Shown: in pieces, positions 32,631 through 43,024 of the stretch
How positions within the stretch are numbered: position 1 is the first letter of the stretch
Layout of the letters: the number at the start of each line of letters is the position of its first letter
Source: an uncultured Verrucomicrobiae bacterium
GTDB taxonomy: Bacteria > Verrucomicrobiota > Verrucomicrobiia > Chthoniobacterales > Chthoniobacteraceae
Reading direction: 5' to 3'
Assembly: GCA_963836755.1 (NCBI GenBank)
Contig: CAWIKF010000002.1
Span: forward strand, 1,184,001 to 1,248,000
Length of the DNA stretch: 64,000 nt
Position numbers and translations under genes: made by a program
The notes under the pieces: model-generated
Databases searched by the model: none
What the model saw: only the letters and a program-made list of their open reading frames with translations
Told to the model about the DNA's origin: nothing

Positions 32631-35135
32631 ATGGTGCCCCGCGTGAATGGAGCCGCCGCCAGCATTTCCCAGAAAGCCCGCCCCTCGTCCACGCGCTGGG
32701 ATGAAATTTATGAAGCCGACGGCGCGCCGCGGCCGAGCTACGCGCCACTGCTCGCGCATTTAAAAAATCTGCGATCGGCCGAGCTGCGCATGCTCGACGA
32801 GCGGATGGAGGCAACGTTGCGCGAGATGGGCGTGACCTTCGGGCACAACGCGCGGCAACCGTGGATTTGCGATTTGCTGCCGCACGTTTTTGACGCGCAG
32901 GAGTGGAAAAAAATCGATGAGGGCGTGCGTCAACGCACCCGTGCGTTCGAGCTTTTTTTGCAGGATGTGTATGGGCCGCGGCAGATTTTGCGCGACGGCG
33001 TGGTGCCGATTCATCCGGTGCTCGGCAGCCCGTATTATCAAAATGCCGTCGTCGGAGTGCCGCGGCCGCTCCGCGCTTTTTTGCATTTGAGCGGCACCTG
33101 CCTCGCGCGCGACGGCCGCGGCGCGATCATGGTGAAGCACCATTATTTCAGCCGCGCGCCCGGCACCGCTTACATGATGCAAAATCGCCGCGCACTCGCG
33201 CGCGTGATTCCGGAGATTTTTGAAAACACGCCAGTCCGTTCTTTCGCGGAAGCGCCGCTCGCGATCATTGAGGCGCTGCGAAACGCCGACGCCGCCCGCG
33301 TGGCTGAGCCGTCGGTCGTGCTTTTGTGCTCCGGCGTTTCCAGTCCGCTTTATTCCGCCGACAGCTTCCTCGCGCGACGCATGGGCATTCCGCTGGTGCA
33401 AGGCGGCGACCTGCTCGTGCTCGAGGATCACGTTTATCTCAAAACCATCGAGGGCCTAAAAAAAGTCGACGTCATTTACAATCGCATGCCCGACGCGTGG
33501 CTCGACCAGCTCGTGCTGCGTCGCGATTCCCGCCTCGGCGTGCCCGGCCTCATTCATTGTCTGCGCAAGCAAACCGTCGCGCTCCTCAACGGCATCGGCA
33601 GCGATCTCGCCGACGACCGGAGCCTGCTTTGCTTCGCCCCGCAAATCATCCGTTATTATTTAGCGGAGGATCCGATCCTGCCGACCGTGCCGACTTTTTG
33701 GCTCGGGGATCTCGACCAATGCGAAATGGTCCTCGACAACCCCGAGCGCTATTGCATCCGCCAGATTTTCGGCAGCGACCTTGCCGGCAGCGATGTCACC
33801 GACCTCGCGCTCATTCGCAAACACGCCAGCCTTTACGTCGCGCAACCAGTCGAGCACGGCGCGCTCAGCGTGCGCGCACAAAACCCGAAACGGCTCGACC
33901 TCGCGCAGGATCATATCGTCTTTGCACTCCGGCGCGGCGAGGAATGCGAAGTTTTTCCCGGCGCACTCACGCGAGTTTTTTCACCGCAAAAACCCAATGC
34001 CTGGATCAGCAAGGACACATGGGTCCTCGGCGAAAATCCCGAGCCGATCTCGCGCGCGCCGCGCCTTCACACCGAGCCGCACGTCGCTTCGCGCCAGGTC
34101 ACCAGCCGCGTCGCCGACGCATTTTACTGGCTCGGTCGATATCTCGAGCGCGCCTATCATCAGGCCTACCTCATCCAGGTCATCGAGACTCTTGAAACCG
34201 AAGAGCTGAATTCCGCTGAGCGCAAACTTTACCGCCCGATGTGGAACCGCCTCCTCCCGCCGCTCGAGAAAAGCGCGGGCGAAAGCCGCCGCAGCATTAC
34301 GAACCGGCTCGACCGCTACCGTCTCGTCCTTCTTCCCGAGCCCGGCACCGTCGTCTGCACTTTTGTCCGCGCCATGGCAAATGCCGAGTCGCTGCAGGAG
34401 TGCCTCAGCCCCGAAGCTTGGGCCACGCTTTCCAATCTCCACTCGCGTTTTCAGCGCACCCGCTACAAAGAAAAAATCGACGACGACGAATGCGCCCGCA
34501 CCGCGCGCCGCCTTAGCGATTTGGTCGCGCGCCTCATTCCTCAATTCTTCGCAGTCGCCGCCAACACCATGCTTGCCGACGACGGCTGGCGCTTCTGCGA
34601 AGTCGGCCAGCTGCTCGAGCGCGCCACCATCACCGCAAACTCCGTCGTCTCCATCAGCAAAAGTTTCGCGCACGCCAGCGAGATTGAGCTCTCAGCATTT
34701 CTGCGACTCCTCGGCACCCGCGACGCGTTCCGCCGCGTCTATCAAATGCGCGCCGAGCCGATCGCTGTCCTGGAATTTCTATGGCAAAATGCAAACGCCC
34801 CGCGATCCGTTCTCCGCTGCCTGCGCCGCTGCGCAGCACTGCTCGCCGAAAGTAGCTCCGACACGCCGGGCACCCGTCTCACGCTCGACGCCATCCGCGC
34901 GCTCACCGACAAAATTTCCCAAGTCGATTGGAGCAACTACCTCCGCGAGGGCAGCGAAAAAGCTCCCGAGCAATCCGCCGCCGCGCCCGTCGCCTCGGAC
35001 GCGGGCTCGCCAGCGACCGCGATTCTTCTCGAACTACTCAATGGCACTGGCGCCATCCACGCCGCCATTTCTGATGGCTTCCTCAGCCACCAGACATCGA
35101 TCGCGCGCACGCAGCTTCCAGCGCGCAGCGGATAA
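32631..35135 (+). CDS. Circularly permuted type-2 ATP-grasp protein fused to alpha-E domain (degenerate active site)
   Basis: WDE..PRP, PGALTR, SKDTWV, then alpha-E motifs YWLGRYLERA and GQLLERA. Confidence 0.85.
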   Translation: MVPRVNGAAASISQKARPSSTRWDEIYEADGAPRPSYAPLLAHLKNLRSAELRMLDERMEATLREMGVTFGHNARQPWICDLLPHVFDAQEWKKIDEGVRQRTRAFELFLQDVYGPRQILRDGVVPIHPVLGSPYYQNAVVGVPRPLRAFLHLSGTCLARDGRGAIMVKHHYFSRAPGTAYMMQNRRALARVIPEIFENTPVRSFAEAPLAIIEALRNADAARVAEPSVVLLCSGVSSPLYSADSFLARRMGIPLVQGGDLLVLEDHVYLKTIEGLKKVDVIYNRMPDAWLDQLVLRRDSRLGVPGLIHCLRKQTVALLNGIGSDLADDRSLLCFAPQIIRYYLAEDPILPTVPTFWLGDLDQCEMVLDNPERYCIRQIFGSDLAGSDVTDLALIRKHASLYVAQPVEHGALSVRAQNPKRLDLAQDHIVFALRRGEECEVFPGALTRVFSPQKPNAWISKDTWVLGENPEPISRAPRLHTEPHVASRQVTSRVADAFYWLGRYLERAYHQAYLIQVIETLETEELNSAERKLYRPMWNRLLPPLEKSAGESRRSITNRLDRYRLVLLPEPGTVVCTFVRAMANAESLQECLSPEAWATLSNLHSRFQRTRYKEKIDDDECARTARRLSDLVARLIPQFFAVAANTMLADDGWRFCEVGQLLERATITANSVVSISKSFAHASEIELSAFLRLLGTRDAFRRVYQMRAEPIAVLEFLWQNANAPRSVLRCLRRCAALLAESSSDTPGTRLTLDAIRALTDKISQVDWSNYLREGSEKAPEQSAAAPVASDAGSPATAILLELLNGTGAIHAAISDGFLSHQTSIARTQLPARSG

Positions 35136-35148
35136 AAGTCCGAAATCT

Positions 35149-35171
35149 TTATTTGGAATAATTCTTGATAA
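35149..35171. promoter_or_regulatory. AT-rich inverted repeat, probable Fur-family operator
   Basis: TTAT-TTG-GAAT-A-ATTC-TTG-ATAA overlapping a TTGATA -35-like hexamer. Confidence 0.6.
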
Positions 35172-35202
35172 GAAATCGGCAACCCCGGATATTCAGGAAC
35201 CG

Positions 35203-35655
35203 ATGCCGGCCAGAAGCGACAGCAAATATAATGAGACGATCTCGCAACGCGGGTTCCGTTTCACCATGCAGCGGCGCCACGTCTACGATGCGCTGATGGC
35301 AAAGCGCGATCACCCGACGGCCGTGGAGGTATTCATGCGCGCACAGAAGCGGATGCCATCAATCTCGCTCGCGACCGTCTATAATTGTCTCGAAACTTTG
35401 ACTCAATGCGGGCTGGTGCGCCACGTGAACCACGATCGCGCTCCGTCGCGCTACTGCCCGAACCTGGAGCCTCATGGACATTTTTTCTGCGAAGAGTGCA
35501 GCGCGGTTTTCGATGTGCCGCTGCAGCGCCCGGCGCGCCTCGCGCAGGCATGGGCACTGCCGGAGAACGCCGTCGTCTCGCATCACGAAGCGGGCTTCCG
35601 CGGCCTCTGCGCCGCGTGCGCGAAGAAAACCAAACGTAAAACGAAAGTAAAATGA
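35203..35655 (+). CDS. Fur/PerR family transcriptional regulator
   Basis: [28 protein letters not shown]. Confidence 0.9.
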   Translation: MPARSDSKYNETISQRGFRFTMQRRHVYDALMAKRDHPTAVEVFMRAQKRMPSISLATVYNCLETLTQCGLVRHVNHDRAPSRYCPNLEPHGHFFCEECSAVFDVPLQRPARLAQAWALPENAVVSHHEAGFRGLCAACAKKTKRKTKVK

Positions 35656-36419
35656 ACGCATTAGTTATCAAAGACCTTCATGCGAGCGTCGCGGGCGAGG
35701 AGATCGTGCGCGGGCTCAGTCTCGAGGTGAAGCCGGGCCATGTTCACGCGATCATGGGGCCGAACGGCTCGGGCAAAAGCACGCTCGCGAAAGTGCTCGG
35801 CGGCCATCCCGATTACACGGTCGAGTCGGGAGAAGTCACGATGGATGGCGTCAATATTTTGGAATTGGAGCCCGATGAACGCGCGCGCGCGGGACTTTTT
35901 CTCGCGTTCCAATATCCGATGGAAATTCCCGGCGTGAGCAACGCGAATTTTTTGCGCGCGGCTGTGCAGGCGCGGCTTGGCGAGGGCCAGGATCTCGATG
36001 CGACGGAGTATTACGGGCAGCTTTATGCGAAGATGGATTTGCTCGAGATGGATCGAAAATTTACCGCGCGCTCGGTGAACGAAGGCTTCTCAGGCGGCGA
36101 GAAAAAGCGAAACGAAATTTTGCAAATGGCGATGCTCGCGCCGAAATATGCAGTGCTCGATGAGACCGACAGTGGCCTCGATATTGACGCGCTCAAAATC
36201 GTGTCGCGCGGCGTGAATACATTGCGCGGGCCGCACGTTGGTATCTTGATGATCACGCATTATCAGCGGCTGCTGAATTACATCGTGCCCGATTTTGTGC
36301 ATGTGATGATGAATGGCCGCATCGTCCGCAACGGCGGCCGCGAGCTCGCGCTGGAGCTCGAAGAACGCGGCTACGACTGGATCAAGGACGAATTACAGGA
36401 ACCGGCGAACGCCCAATAA
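35652..36419 (+). CDS. sufC: Fe-S cluster assembly ATPase
   Basis: [29 protein letters not shown]. Confidence 0.96.
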   Translation: MNALVIKDLHASVAGEEIVRGLSLEVKPGHVHAIMGPNGSGKSTLAKVLGGHPDYTVESGEVTMDGVNILELEPDERARAGLFLAFQYPMEIPGVSNANFLRAAVQARLGEGQDLDATEYYGQLYAKMDLLEMDRKFTARSVNEGFSGGEKKRNEILQMAMLAPKYAVLDETDSGLDIDALKIVSRGVNTLRGPHVGILMITHYQRLLNYIVPDFVHVMMNGRIVRNGGRELALELEERGYDWIKDELQEPANAQ

Positions 36420-36433
36420 ACGAATCTCAAATT

Positions 36434-37843
36434 ATGCCCGCAGAAAACGCCACCATCGATATCGACCGCAGCATCGGCGATTTTTCTTATCCCGAGCGAC
36501 ACACTTTTGACGCCGGTTTCGGTCTCACGCGCGACACGGTCAACTACATCTCCGATGTAAAAAATGATCCGGATTGGGTGCGCGAATTTCGATTGAAGGC
36601 GCTCGAAGTTTTTGAAAGCAAGCCGCTGCCAACGCATTGGGCCAGCAAGGATCTGGAGGCGATTCATTTCGACAAAATCCGCTATTATTTGAGCTCCGGT
36701 CAAAAGGCGACGCGTTCGTGGGAGGACGTGCCGGAGGATATGAAGCGGACCTTCGAGCGACTGGGCATCCCCGAGCAGGAGCGGAAATTTCTGGCGGGCG
36801 TCGAGGCGCAATTCGACAGCGAAGCGGTTTATTCGAACATCAAAAAAGCCGTCGGCGAGCAGGGCGTGATTTTCGTCGGTTCGACCGAGGGTTTGAAGGA
36901 GCACCCGGAAATTTTTCGCAAATGGTTCGGCAAAGTCATTCCGACCGGCGACAACAAATTTAGCGCGCTGAACTCAGCGGTCTTCAGCGGCGGATCCTTT
37001 ATCTACGTGCCTCCGGGCGTCAAAGTGAAACATCCGTTGCAGGCGTATTTTCGCATCAACGCGGAGAATTTTGGACAGTTCGAGCGGACGCTCATCATCG
37101 CCGATGAAGGCAGCGAGGTGATGTATATGGAAGGTTGCACCGCGCCAAAATTCGAGACGGCGACGCTGCACTCCGCGGTGGTCGAACTGGTCGCGATGAA
37201 GGGTGCGAAAATCCAATACGTGACCGTGCAAAATTGGTCGGCAAACGTTTTCAACCTCGTCACCAAGCGCGGCCTCGCGCACGAGGAAGCCGAGGTGAAA
37301 TGGATCGATTGCAACATCGGCTCACGCCTCACGATGAAGTATCCGGGCGTGGTGATGAAGGGGCGCAAGGCGCGCGGCGAAGTGATCTCGATCGCGCTCG
37401 CGGGCGACGGCCAGCATCAGGACACCGGCGCGAAAATGATTCACGCGGCCGATGAAACAACGTCAAACATTATTTCAAAAAGTATCAGCGTCGGCAAAGG
37501 GCGCGCGACCTATCGCGGCCTCGTCCACGTGCCGAAGCATTTGAAAAATTGCAAGAACAACACCGAGTGCGATGCGCTGCTCATCAACTCGACGAGCCGC
37601 ACGGATACTTATCCCGCGATCACCGTGCGCGGCACCGGCAACGCAGTGCAGCATGAAGCGAGCGTGAGCCAGGTGAGCGCGGAGCAGATTTTTTACATGC
37701 AGCAGCGCGGGCTGACGAAAGGGCAGGCGATGTCGCTGAGCGTGAATGGTTTTGTCAACGATCTCGTGCGGCAGTTTCCGATGGAATATAGCGTCGAGCT
37801 GAAGCGGCTGATCGATCTCGAGATGGAAGGCTCGGTCGGCTAA
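36434..37843 (+). CDS. sufB: Fe-S cluster assembly protein SufB
   Basis: [32 protein letters not shown]. Confidence 0.96.
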   Translation: MPAENATIDIDRSIGDFSYPERHTFDAGFGLTRDTVNYISDVKNDPDWVREFRLKALEVFESKPLPTHWASKDLEAIHFDKIRYYLSSGQKATRSWEDVPEDMKRTFERLGIPEQERKFLAGVEAQFDSEAVYSNIKKAVGEQGVIFVGSTEGLKEHPEIFRKWFGKVIPTGDNKFSALNSAVFSGGSFIYVPPGVKVKHPLQAYFRINAENFGQFERTLIIADEGSEVMYMEGCTAPKFETATLHSAVVELVAMKGAKIQYVTVQNWSANVFNLVTKRGLAHEEAEVKWIDCNIGSRLTMKYPGVVMKGRKARGEVISIALAGDGQHQDTGAKMIHAADETTSNIISKSISVGKGRATYRGLVHVPKHLKNCKNNTECDALLINSTSRTDTYPAITVRGTGNAVQHEASVSQVSAEQIFYMQQRGLTKGQAMSLSVNGFVNDLVRQFPMEYSVELKRLIDLEMEGSVG

Positions 37844-37882
37844 ACCGCCGCGCCAGCTCGTTTTTTCACACATCGAAATTCG

Positions 37883-39250
37883 ATGAGCACCGGCATTGTC
37901 TCCATGGAAGAACGTGAACGCCTCAATCACGACGAGGCCGCTTTGATTTTGATGAGCGGGCCCGACGCGCTCGAAAATCACGCGTTCGCGGATTGGTTTC
38001 GTCAGCTGCATTTCGAGGGCTGGGAAAAGTTTCGGCAATTGCCGATGCCCGCGCGCGCGGACGAGGCGTGGCGCTTCGCGAGCATCAAATCGCTCGACAT
38101 TTCGCCTTTCACGAAACCGACGCCCGTCCCGGATGCGGTGCAGGCGGAATTGCTCGCGCGCTCAGTCGGCTTGCAGGAAAGCGCGGGGCGGATGGTTTTC
38201 GCGAACGATCAATTGCTCAAGCGCGAAGTTTTGTCCGAGGAGCTGCGGAGCAAAGGCGTGATCTTCGAGCCGATCGAGCGCGCTGTTTCGACGCACGCGG
38301 ATATTTTCCGCGAGCATTTCATGACGCAGGATGTCGTCCTCGGCTCGAAAAAGTTTGCCGCGCTGCACAAAGCTTGGGTCAAGTCCGGAACATTTCTTTA
38401 CGTGCCTCGCAATGTGGAAATCAATTTGCCGATCGAAGTTTTCCACTGGCAGCACGGCGAGGCCGGCTCGACTTTTCCGCACACGCTGCTCATCGCGGGT
38501 GAAAATAGCAGAGTCACGCTGATCGATTATTTCGAATCCGCGACGCCCGACACGACTGGGTTCGCGTGCGGCGTGAACGATTTGTTTCTCGAGTCCGGCG
38601 CGAAGCTTACTTACATCAACGCGCAAAACTGGAGCCGCAAAATGCTCGCGCTCCAGATCAATTCGACCGTGGTCGGGCGCGACGCGAGCGCGGTCAGCAT
38701 GAACCTCAACCTCGGCGCGAGCTACGCGCGAACCGAGTCGGTGAGCCGGCTCGCGGGCGCCGGCGGCCGCAGCGACATGCTCGCATTGTCCGTCGCGGAT
38801 GGCGGCCAGGAATTCGATCAGCGCACTTTGCAGGATCATCAGCAACCGAATACGGCAAGTGACCTGCTTTACAAAAATGCCCTCTTCGACAAGGCGCGGA
38901 CGATTTTTGCGGGACTCATTCGCGTGGAGCCGAACGCGCATAAAACCGATGCGTATCAAAAAGTGCGCAATCTTTTGCTGAGCGACGAGGCCGAAGCGAA
39001 CTCGATGCCGGGCCTGGAAATTCTCGCGGATGAAGTGCGCTGCTCGCACGGCGCGACGAGCGGGCAAATAGATTCCGAGGAACTTTTTTACATGCTTTCC
39101 CGCGGCCTGACGCGAGAGAAGGCGCAGCAACTGATTGTTGGCGGTTTTTTAAACGAAGTTGTGGAGCGGCTCGGTAACGACGCGATCAAGCAAAAGCTCG
39201 ATGAGATGATTCGCGCCAAATTTGCAAGCCGCGGTCAAGTCTCGGGCTGA
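37883..39250 (+). CDS. sufD: Fe-S cluster assembly protein SufD
   Basis: [30 protein letters not shown]. Confidence 0.93.
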   Translation: MSTGIVSMEERERLNHDEAALILMSGPDALENHAFADWFRQLHFEGWEKFRQLPMPARADEAWRFASIKSLDISPFTKPTPVPDAVQAELLARSVGLQESAGRMVFANDQLLKREVLSEELRSKGVIFEPIERAVSTHADIFREHFMTQDVVLGSKKFAALHKAWVKSGTFLYVPRNVEINLPIEVFHWQHGEAGSTFPHTLLIAGENSRVTLIDYFESATPDTTGFACGVNDLFLESGAKLTYINAQNWSRKMLALQINSTVVGRDASAVSMNLNLGASYARTESVSRLAGAGGRSDMLALSVADGGQEFDQRTLQDHQQPNTASDLLYKNALFDKARTIFAGLIRVEPNAHKTDAYQKVRNLLLSDEAEANSMPGLEILADEVRCSHGATSGQIDSEELFYMLSRGLTREKAQQLIVGGFLNEVVERLGNDAIKQKLDEMIRAKFASRGQVSG

Positions 39251-39450
39251 TCGAGTTGCTCGCCTTCGATCTGCTCGTAATCCTCGAGATGATCGGGCGA
39301 GAGCGGCTCGGAAATCCGGTATTCCTCGCCGAGCCATTTGCCGAGATCGATCATCTGGCAGCGCCGTGAGCAGAACGGGCCGACCGGCTCGGAAAAAAAT
39401 TCCGTCTCGCCGCCGCACGTCGGACACTTCACTTTTGCTGACTCCGCCAT
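39235..39450 (-). CDS. yacG: DNA gyrase inhibitor YacG
   Basis: CPTC...[15 protein letters not shown] zinc finger. Confidence 0.9.
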   Translation of the reverse strand: MAESAKVKCPTCGGETEFFSEPVGPFCSRRCQMIDLGKWLGEEYRISEPLSPDHLEDYEQIEGEQLDQPET

Positions 39451-39491
39451 CGGGTAAATTTGCTTCATTTCATGATCGAGAAAAATGAATT

Positions 39492-40547
39492 TTGCGCGCT
39501 GTGAATAATCTCACGGAACTGAGCGCTCACCTGCAAGATGGGCACGACCTTGACGCCATCGAAATCGAAACCGCGGTCAATGCGCTGACGGACGAAATGG
39601 TCGAGGATGAGTTGAAAGCCTCATTCCTGCAGGCTTTGCGGGCGAAGGGTGAAACCGCTGACGAGATCGCGGAGTTTGTAAATGCGCTTCTCAAGCGCGC
39701 AGTCGATCCGGAAATTCATGCGCTGAAACTCGACGGACCGTTGCTCGATGTGTGCGGCACGGGCGGCGATCGCATGGAATTATTCAACGTCTCGACCACC
39801 GCGATGTTCGTTCTTGCAGCGGGCGGAGCGATTGTCGTCAAACATGGAAACCGCGGCATCACGTCGAAATGCGGCGGTGCGGATGTGCTCGAAAATCTCG
39901 GGGTAAAAATTGATTTGCCGCCGGCCGATTGCCGGCGGTGTGTGGAAAAGAACGGCGTCGGATTTTTGTTCGCGCCGCAATATCATCCGGCGTTCAAGGC
40001 GATTGCGCCCGCGCGCAAAATGCTCGCGGCGCAAGGCGTGGCAACGATTTTCAACATGCTCGGGCCGCTGCTCAATCCGGCGCGGCCCAACTTTCAGCTC
40101 GTCGGAGTTTTTGCAAAATCGCTGCTGCAAAACTTCGCGGGAGCGTTTGCGCGGCTCCAGCGCTCGCACGCGTGGGCCGTGCACGGCGCGAGCGAAATCG
40201 GCGGCGGCGTCGATGAAATTTCGACGATGGGACCGACGGAAATTTGCAAAGTTTACGCGGGCGAACTCGAGACGGCGATCATCACGCCGGAGGAGTTTGG
40301 TTTTTCGCGCGCGAGCGCGGAGGAATTGCTTGGCGGAAATTGCGCGCAAAACGCGCGCGTTTTGCAGGGAATTTTGTCCGGGAAAATTCACGGCGCGAAA
40401 CGCGACGTTGTTTTATTGAATGCGGCGGCGGGCTTTGTGATCTGCCATCTCGCGCCGGACATGCACGTTGGCATTGAGCTCGCGCAGGCGCAGATCGACA
40501 CGGGTCGCGCACTAGCGAAACTGGAAGCGCTGCGAGATTTTCGCTAA
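39492..40547 (+). CDS. trpD: Anthranilate phosphoribosyltransferase
   Basis: [29 protein letters not shown]. Confidence 0.95.
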   Translation: MRAVNNLTELSAHLQDGHDLDAIEIETAVNALTDEMVEDELKASFLQALRAKGETADEIAEFVNALLKRAVDPEIHALKLDGPLLDVCGTGGDRMELFNVSTTAMFVLAAGGAIVVKHGNRGITSKCGGADVLENLGVKIDLPPADCRRCVEKNGVGFLFAPQYHPAFKAIAPARKMLAAQGVATIFNMLGPLLNPARPNFQLVGVFAKSLLQNFAGAFARLQRSHAWAVHGASEIGGGVDEISTMGPTEICKVYAGELETAIITPEEFGFSRASAEELLGGNCAQNARVLQGILSGKIHGAKRDVVLLNAAAGFVICHLAPDMHVGIELAQAQIDTGRALAKLEALRDFR

Positions 40548-41332
40548 GCAGTGGCGCGCTTCGGCAGATGCTCCATGCAATAATCGCAGCCGTCTTTACC
40601 GACGCGAAAATCGAGCTGCGGATCGCTGATTTCTGTCCGATTGCAAACGACGCAGCGGTGCATCGGTTCCGTCTCCGGTTTTGCCGCGCGGTCGAATCTG
40701 CGGCGGCGCGTGGCGACAGTGCTCCGATGCCGCGCGGCGTTGTAAATATCCGCCCCGAAAAATAAAAAGTAGTTCGCGAGCGAAATGATAACGGCGGCGC
40801 GATAGCTATTGTCGAGAAACAGGAAACTGAAAACGATCTGCGCGGCGGAGATCCACGCGAGCCATTTTACTTTCACCGGCAGCACCCACAAAACGTAGAT
40901 GATCATGTCTGGAAAAAAGCGCGCGAACGCGAAAAACAGCGAGAGATTCACCATCGCTGCGGAATAGCCGCCGCCGAAAAAAAACGCGGCGATGGTCGTG
41001 CCGACCATGCCGACGAGATAAAAGACGTTGAGCTTGAAAGCGCCCATCGATTGCTCGAGCCCTTCGCCGATCATCCACAAAAAACCGAGGTAAAAAAAGA
41101 CGATGATCCAGTCGAGCATCGGCGAGCCGATCGACGGGATGAAAAGATAGGTCACGAGCCGCCAGACTTCGCCGGCCTTCACGCGCTCGGGGTCGAGATA
41201 AAGCGTGGTTAGAAACGACGGGTTGAGTTTGTAGAGGAGAAAAACGAGCGCATTGAATGCAACGATGATCCGGATCAATCCGGGAATCGCGAAGCGGCCC
41301 AGCTTGGTTTCGAGCTTGTAAAAAAAGCGCAT
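40544..41332 (-). CDS. Rhomboid/Derlin-like membrane protein with C-terminal Cys/His zinc motif
   Basis: GEVWRLVTYLF (WR motif), several TM helices, HRCVVC...DYCMEHL. Confidence 0.7.
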   Translation of the reverse strand: MRFFYKLETKLGRFAIPGLIRIIVAFNALVFLLYKLNPSFLTTLYLDPERVKAGEVWRLVTYLFIPSIGSPMLDWIIVFFYLGFLWMIGEGLEQSMGAFKLNVFYLVGMVGTTIAAFFFGGGYSAAMVNLSLFFAFARFFPDMIIYVLWVLPVKVKWLAWISAAQIVFSFLFLDNSYRAAVIISLANYFLFFGADIYNAARHRSTVATRRRRFDRAAKPETEPMHRCVVCNRTEISDPQLDFRVGKDGCDYCMEHLPKRATA

Positions 41333-41389
41333 GCGGCGGGAGAGCTTTCGCGCCCGCGCGCCAAAATGCAAATCCCGAAAGCTCGGCAA

Positions 41390-41418
41390 TTGCAAACGCG
41401 CGGAGCGTGCCGTAGCCT
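41390..41418 (+). promoter_or_regulatory. Promoter of gcvT (probably leaderless)
   Basis: TTGCAA-17 nt-TAGCCT, 6 nt before the GTG start. Confidence 0.55.
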
Positions 41419-41424
41419 GCGCGC

Positions 41425-42531
41425 GTGTCCACCGCACCTTCGGCAAAAACAACCCCGCTTTTTCCCGAGCATGTGCGGCTCGGTGGGAAAATCGTCGAGT
41501 TCGGCGGCTGGCAGATGCCGGTGCAATACTCGAGCATCATGGAGGAGCATCACACGGTGCGGAACGACGTGGGCGTATTCGATATTTCGCACATGGGGCA
41601 GCTTTTGGTGCACGGGCCGAAGGCCGCGCCGTGGCTGAATCGGCTGCTGACGAACAACGTGGACCGGCTCGCGACGGGTGAATCGCAATACACTTTTTTG
41701 CTGAACGAGCAGGGCGGGGTGATCGATGACTTGATTGTCTATCGTTACACAGACGACAAATACCTGTTGGTGGTGAATGCGGCGAAAACCAGCGAGGATT
41801 TTGCGTGGATGCAGGCTCATTTGGAGGACGGCGTCATCTTTGAAAATCAAAGTGCGGATTACGCCGGCCTCGCGGTGCAAGGTCCGAAATCGGTGCAGCT
41901 TTACGATGTTTTTTTTGACGGCCGCCACTCGCGCCCCGCACGCAACGAGATCAAAAAAATCGAATGCGATTCGACGATGCTTTTGATCTCAAGCACTGGC
42001 TACACGGGCGAGGACGGCTTCGAAATTTTTTTCCCAGCGCAGGATGCGAAGCGGATCTGGAACTTGATCTTGGAAAAGGGCGCGCCGTTCGGCATCAAGC
42101 CGTGCGGCCTCGGCGCGCGCGATACGCTCCGCCTGGAAATGTGCTATCCGCTCAACGGCTCGGACCTCTCCCCGCAGCACACACCGCTCGAAGCCGGACT
42201 TTCGATTTTCGTCGACCTGCAAAAGGACGAATTTATCGGCCGCGATGCACTGCTGAAGCAGCGCGCGGACGGCGTGCCGCGCCGGCTCGTGCCGTTCAAG
42301 ATGAAGGAAAAATCGCCGCCGCCGCGGCCGCATTACCCGCTTTTTAAAAATGGCCGGCAGATTTCTGAGATAGCGAGCGGCACGCTTTCGCCGACGCTCA
42401 ATGCCGGCATCGGCATGGCGTATGTGCCGACGGAATTTGCGCGAATCAACGAGGAGATCGAGGTGGATATCCGCGGCCGGCGCTTCGTCGCGACGATCGA
42501 GAAAAAACCGCTGCACCGGAAAATGAGTTGA
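41425..42531 (+). CDS. gcvT: Glycine cleavage system aminomethyltransferase T
   Basis: FGGWQMPVQY, FDISHMG, TGYTGEDGFE, GLGARDTLRLE. Confidence 0.96.
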   Translation: MSTAPSAKTTPLFPEHVRLGGKIVEFGGWQMPVQYSSIMEEHHTVRNDVGVFDISHMGQLLVHGPKAAPWLNRLLTNNVDRLATGESQYTFLLNEQGGVIDDLIVYRYTDDKYLLVVNAAKTSEDFAWMQAHLEDGVIFENQSADYAGLAVQGPKSVQLYDVFFDGRHSRPARNEIKKIECDSTMLLISSTGYTGEDGFEIFFPAQDAKRIWNLILEKGAPFGIKPCGLGARDTLRLEMCYPLNGSDLSPQHTPLEAGLSIFVDLQKDEFIGRDALLKQRADGVPRRLVPFKMKEKSPPPRPHYPLFKNGRQISEIASGTLSPTLNAGIGMAYVPTEFARINEEIEVDIRGRRFVATIEKKPLHRKMS

Positions 42532-42567
42532 TCGCGCGCGCGGTTCCGTTTTTTCTCACGCCCTGAC

Positions 42568-42966
42568 ATGAATGTTCCCGACGATCTGCAATACACCGAA
42601 TCGCACGAGTGGCTCCGCATGGAGGGCGAAACGGCCACGGTCGGCATCACCGATCACGCGCAGGCGGAGTTGACCGACATCGTTTATGTGGAGCTGCCGA
42701 AAATTGGCGCGCTCGTCACCGCGAGGGAAGCGGTCGCAGTCGTCGAATCGGTGAAAGCCGCAAGCGACATTTACGCGCCGATCGGCGGCACGATCGTTGA
42801 GGTCAACACCGCGCTCGAAGGAAATCCCGCGCTCGTGAATACCGATCCGTTCGGCGACGGCTGGCTCTTTCGGCTGCGCATCGAAGCCGGTGAGCAGATT
42901 GAACTGCTGAAGGAGCCGGCGCAGTATCGCGAGATGATTTCCGCGACGGGAAAATACGAAGTCTGA
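42568..42966 (+). CDS. gcvH: Glycine cleavage system H protein
   Basis: [13 protein letters not shown] lipoyl-lysine motif. Confidence 0.96.
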   Translation: MNVPDDLQYTESHEWLRMEGETATVGITDHAQAELTDIVYVELPKIGALVTAREAVAVVESVKAASDIYAPIGGTIVEVNTALEGNPALVNTDPFGDGWLFRLRIEAGEQIELLKEPAQYREMISATGKYEV

Positions 42967-42989
42967 GCGCGCCTTCGCGCAACGAAAAC

Positions 42990-43017
42990 TTGCTTTGCGG
43001 CCGGTCGCCCGTAGCCT
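42990..43017 (+). promoter_or_regulatory. Internal promoter of gcvP (probably leaderless)
   Basis: TTGCTT-16 nt-TAGCCT, 7 nt before ATG. Confidence 0.5.
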
Positions 43018-43024
43018 GCCCGCC

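Noticed and set aside
32027..32704. 225-aa ORF and overlapping ORFs
   Set aside because: They overlie the RNase P RNA gene and its terminator; no protein motifs
34363..35202. 430-aa Fur fusion protein
   Set aside because: Upstream part is an alternative frame of the alpha-E domain; Fur homology begins at ATG 35203
41333..41424. Glycine riboswitch upstream of gcvT
   Set aside because: Gap is only about 90 bp, lacks GGAGA/CTCTCAGG aptamer motifs and is filled by promoter elements
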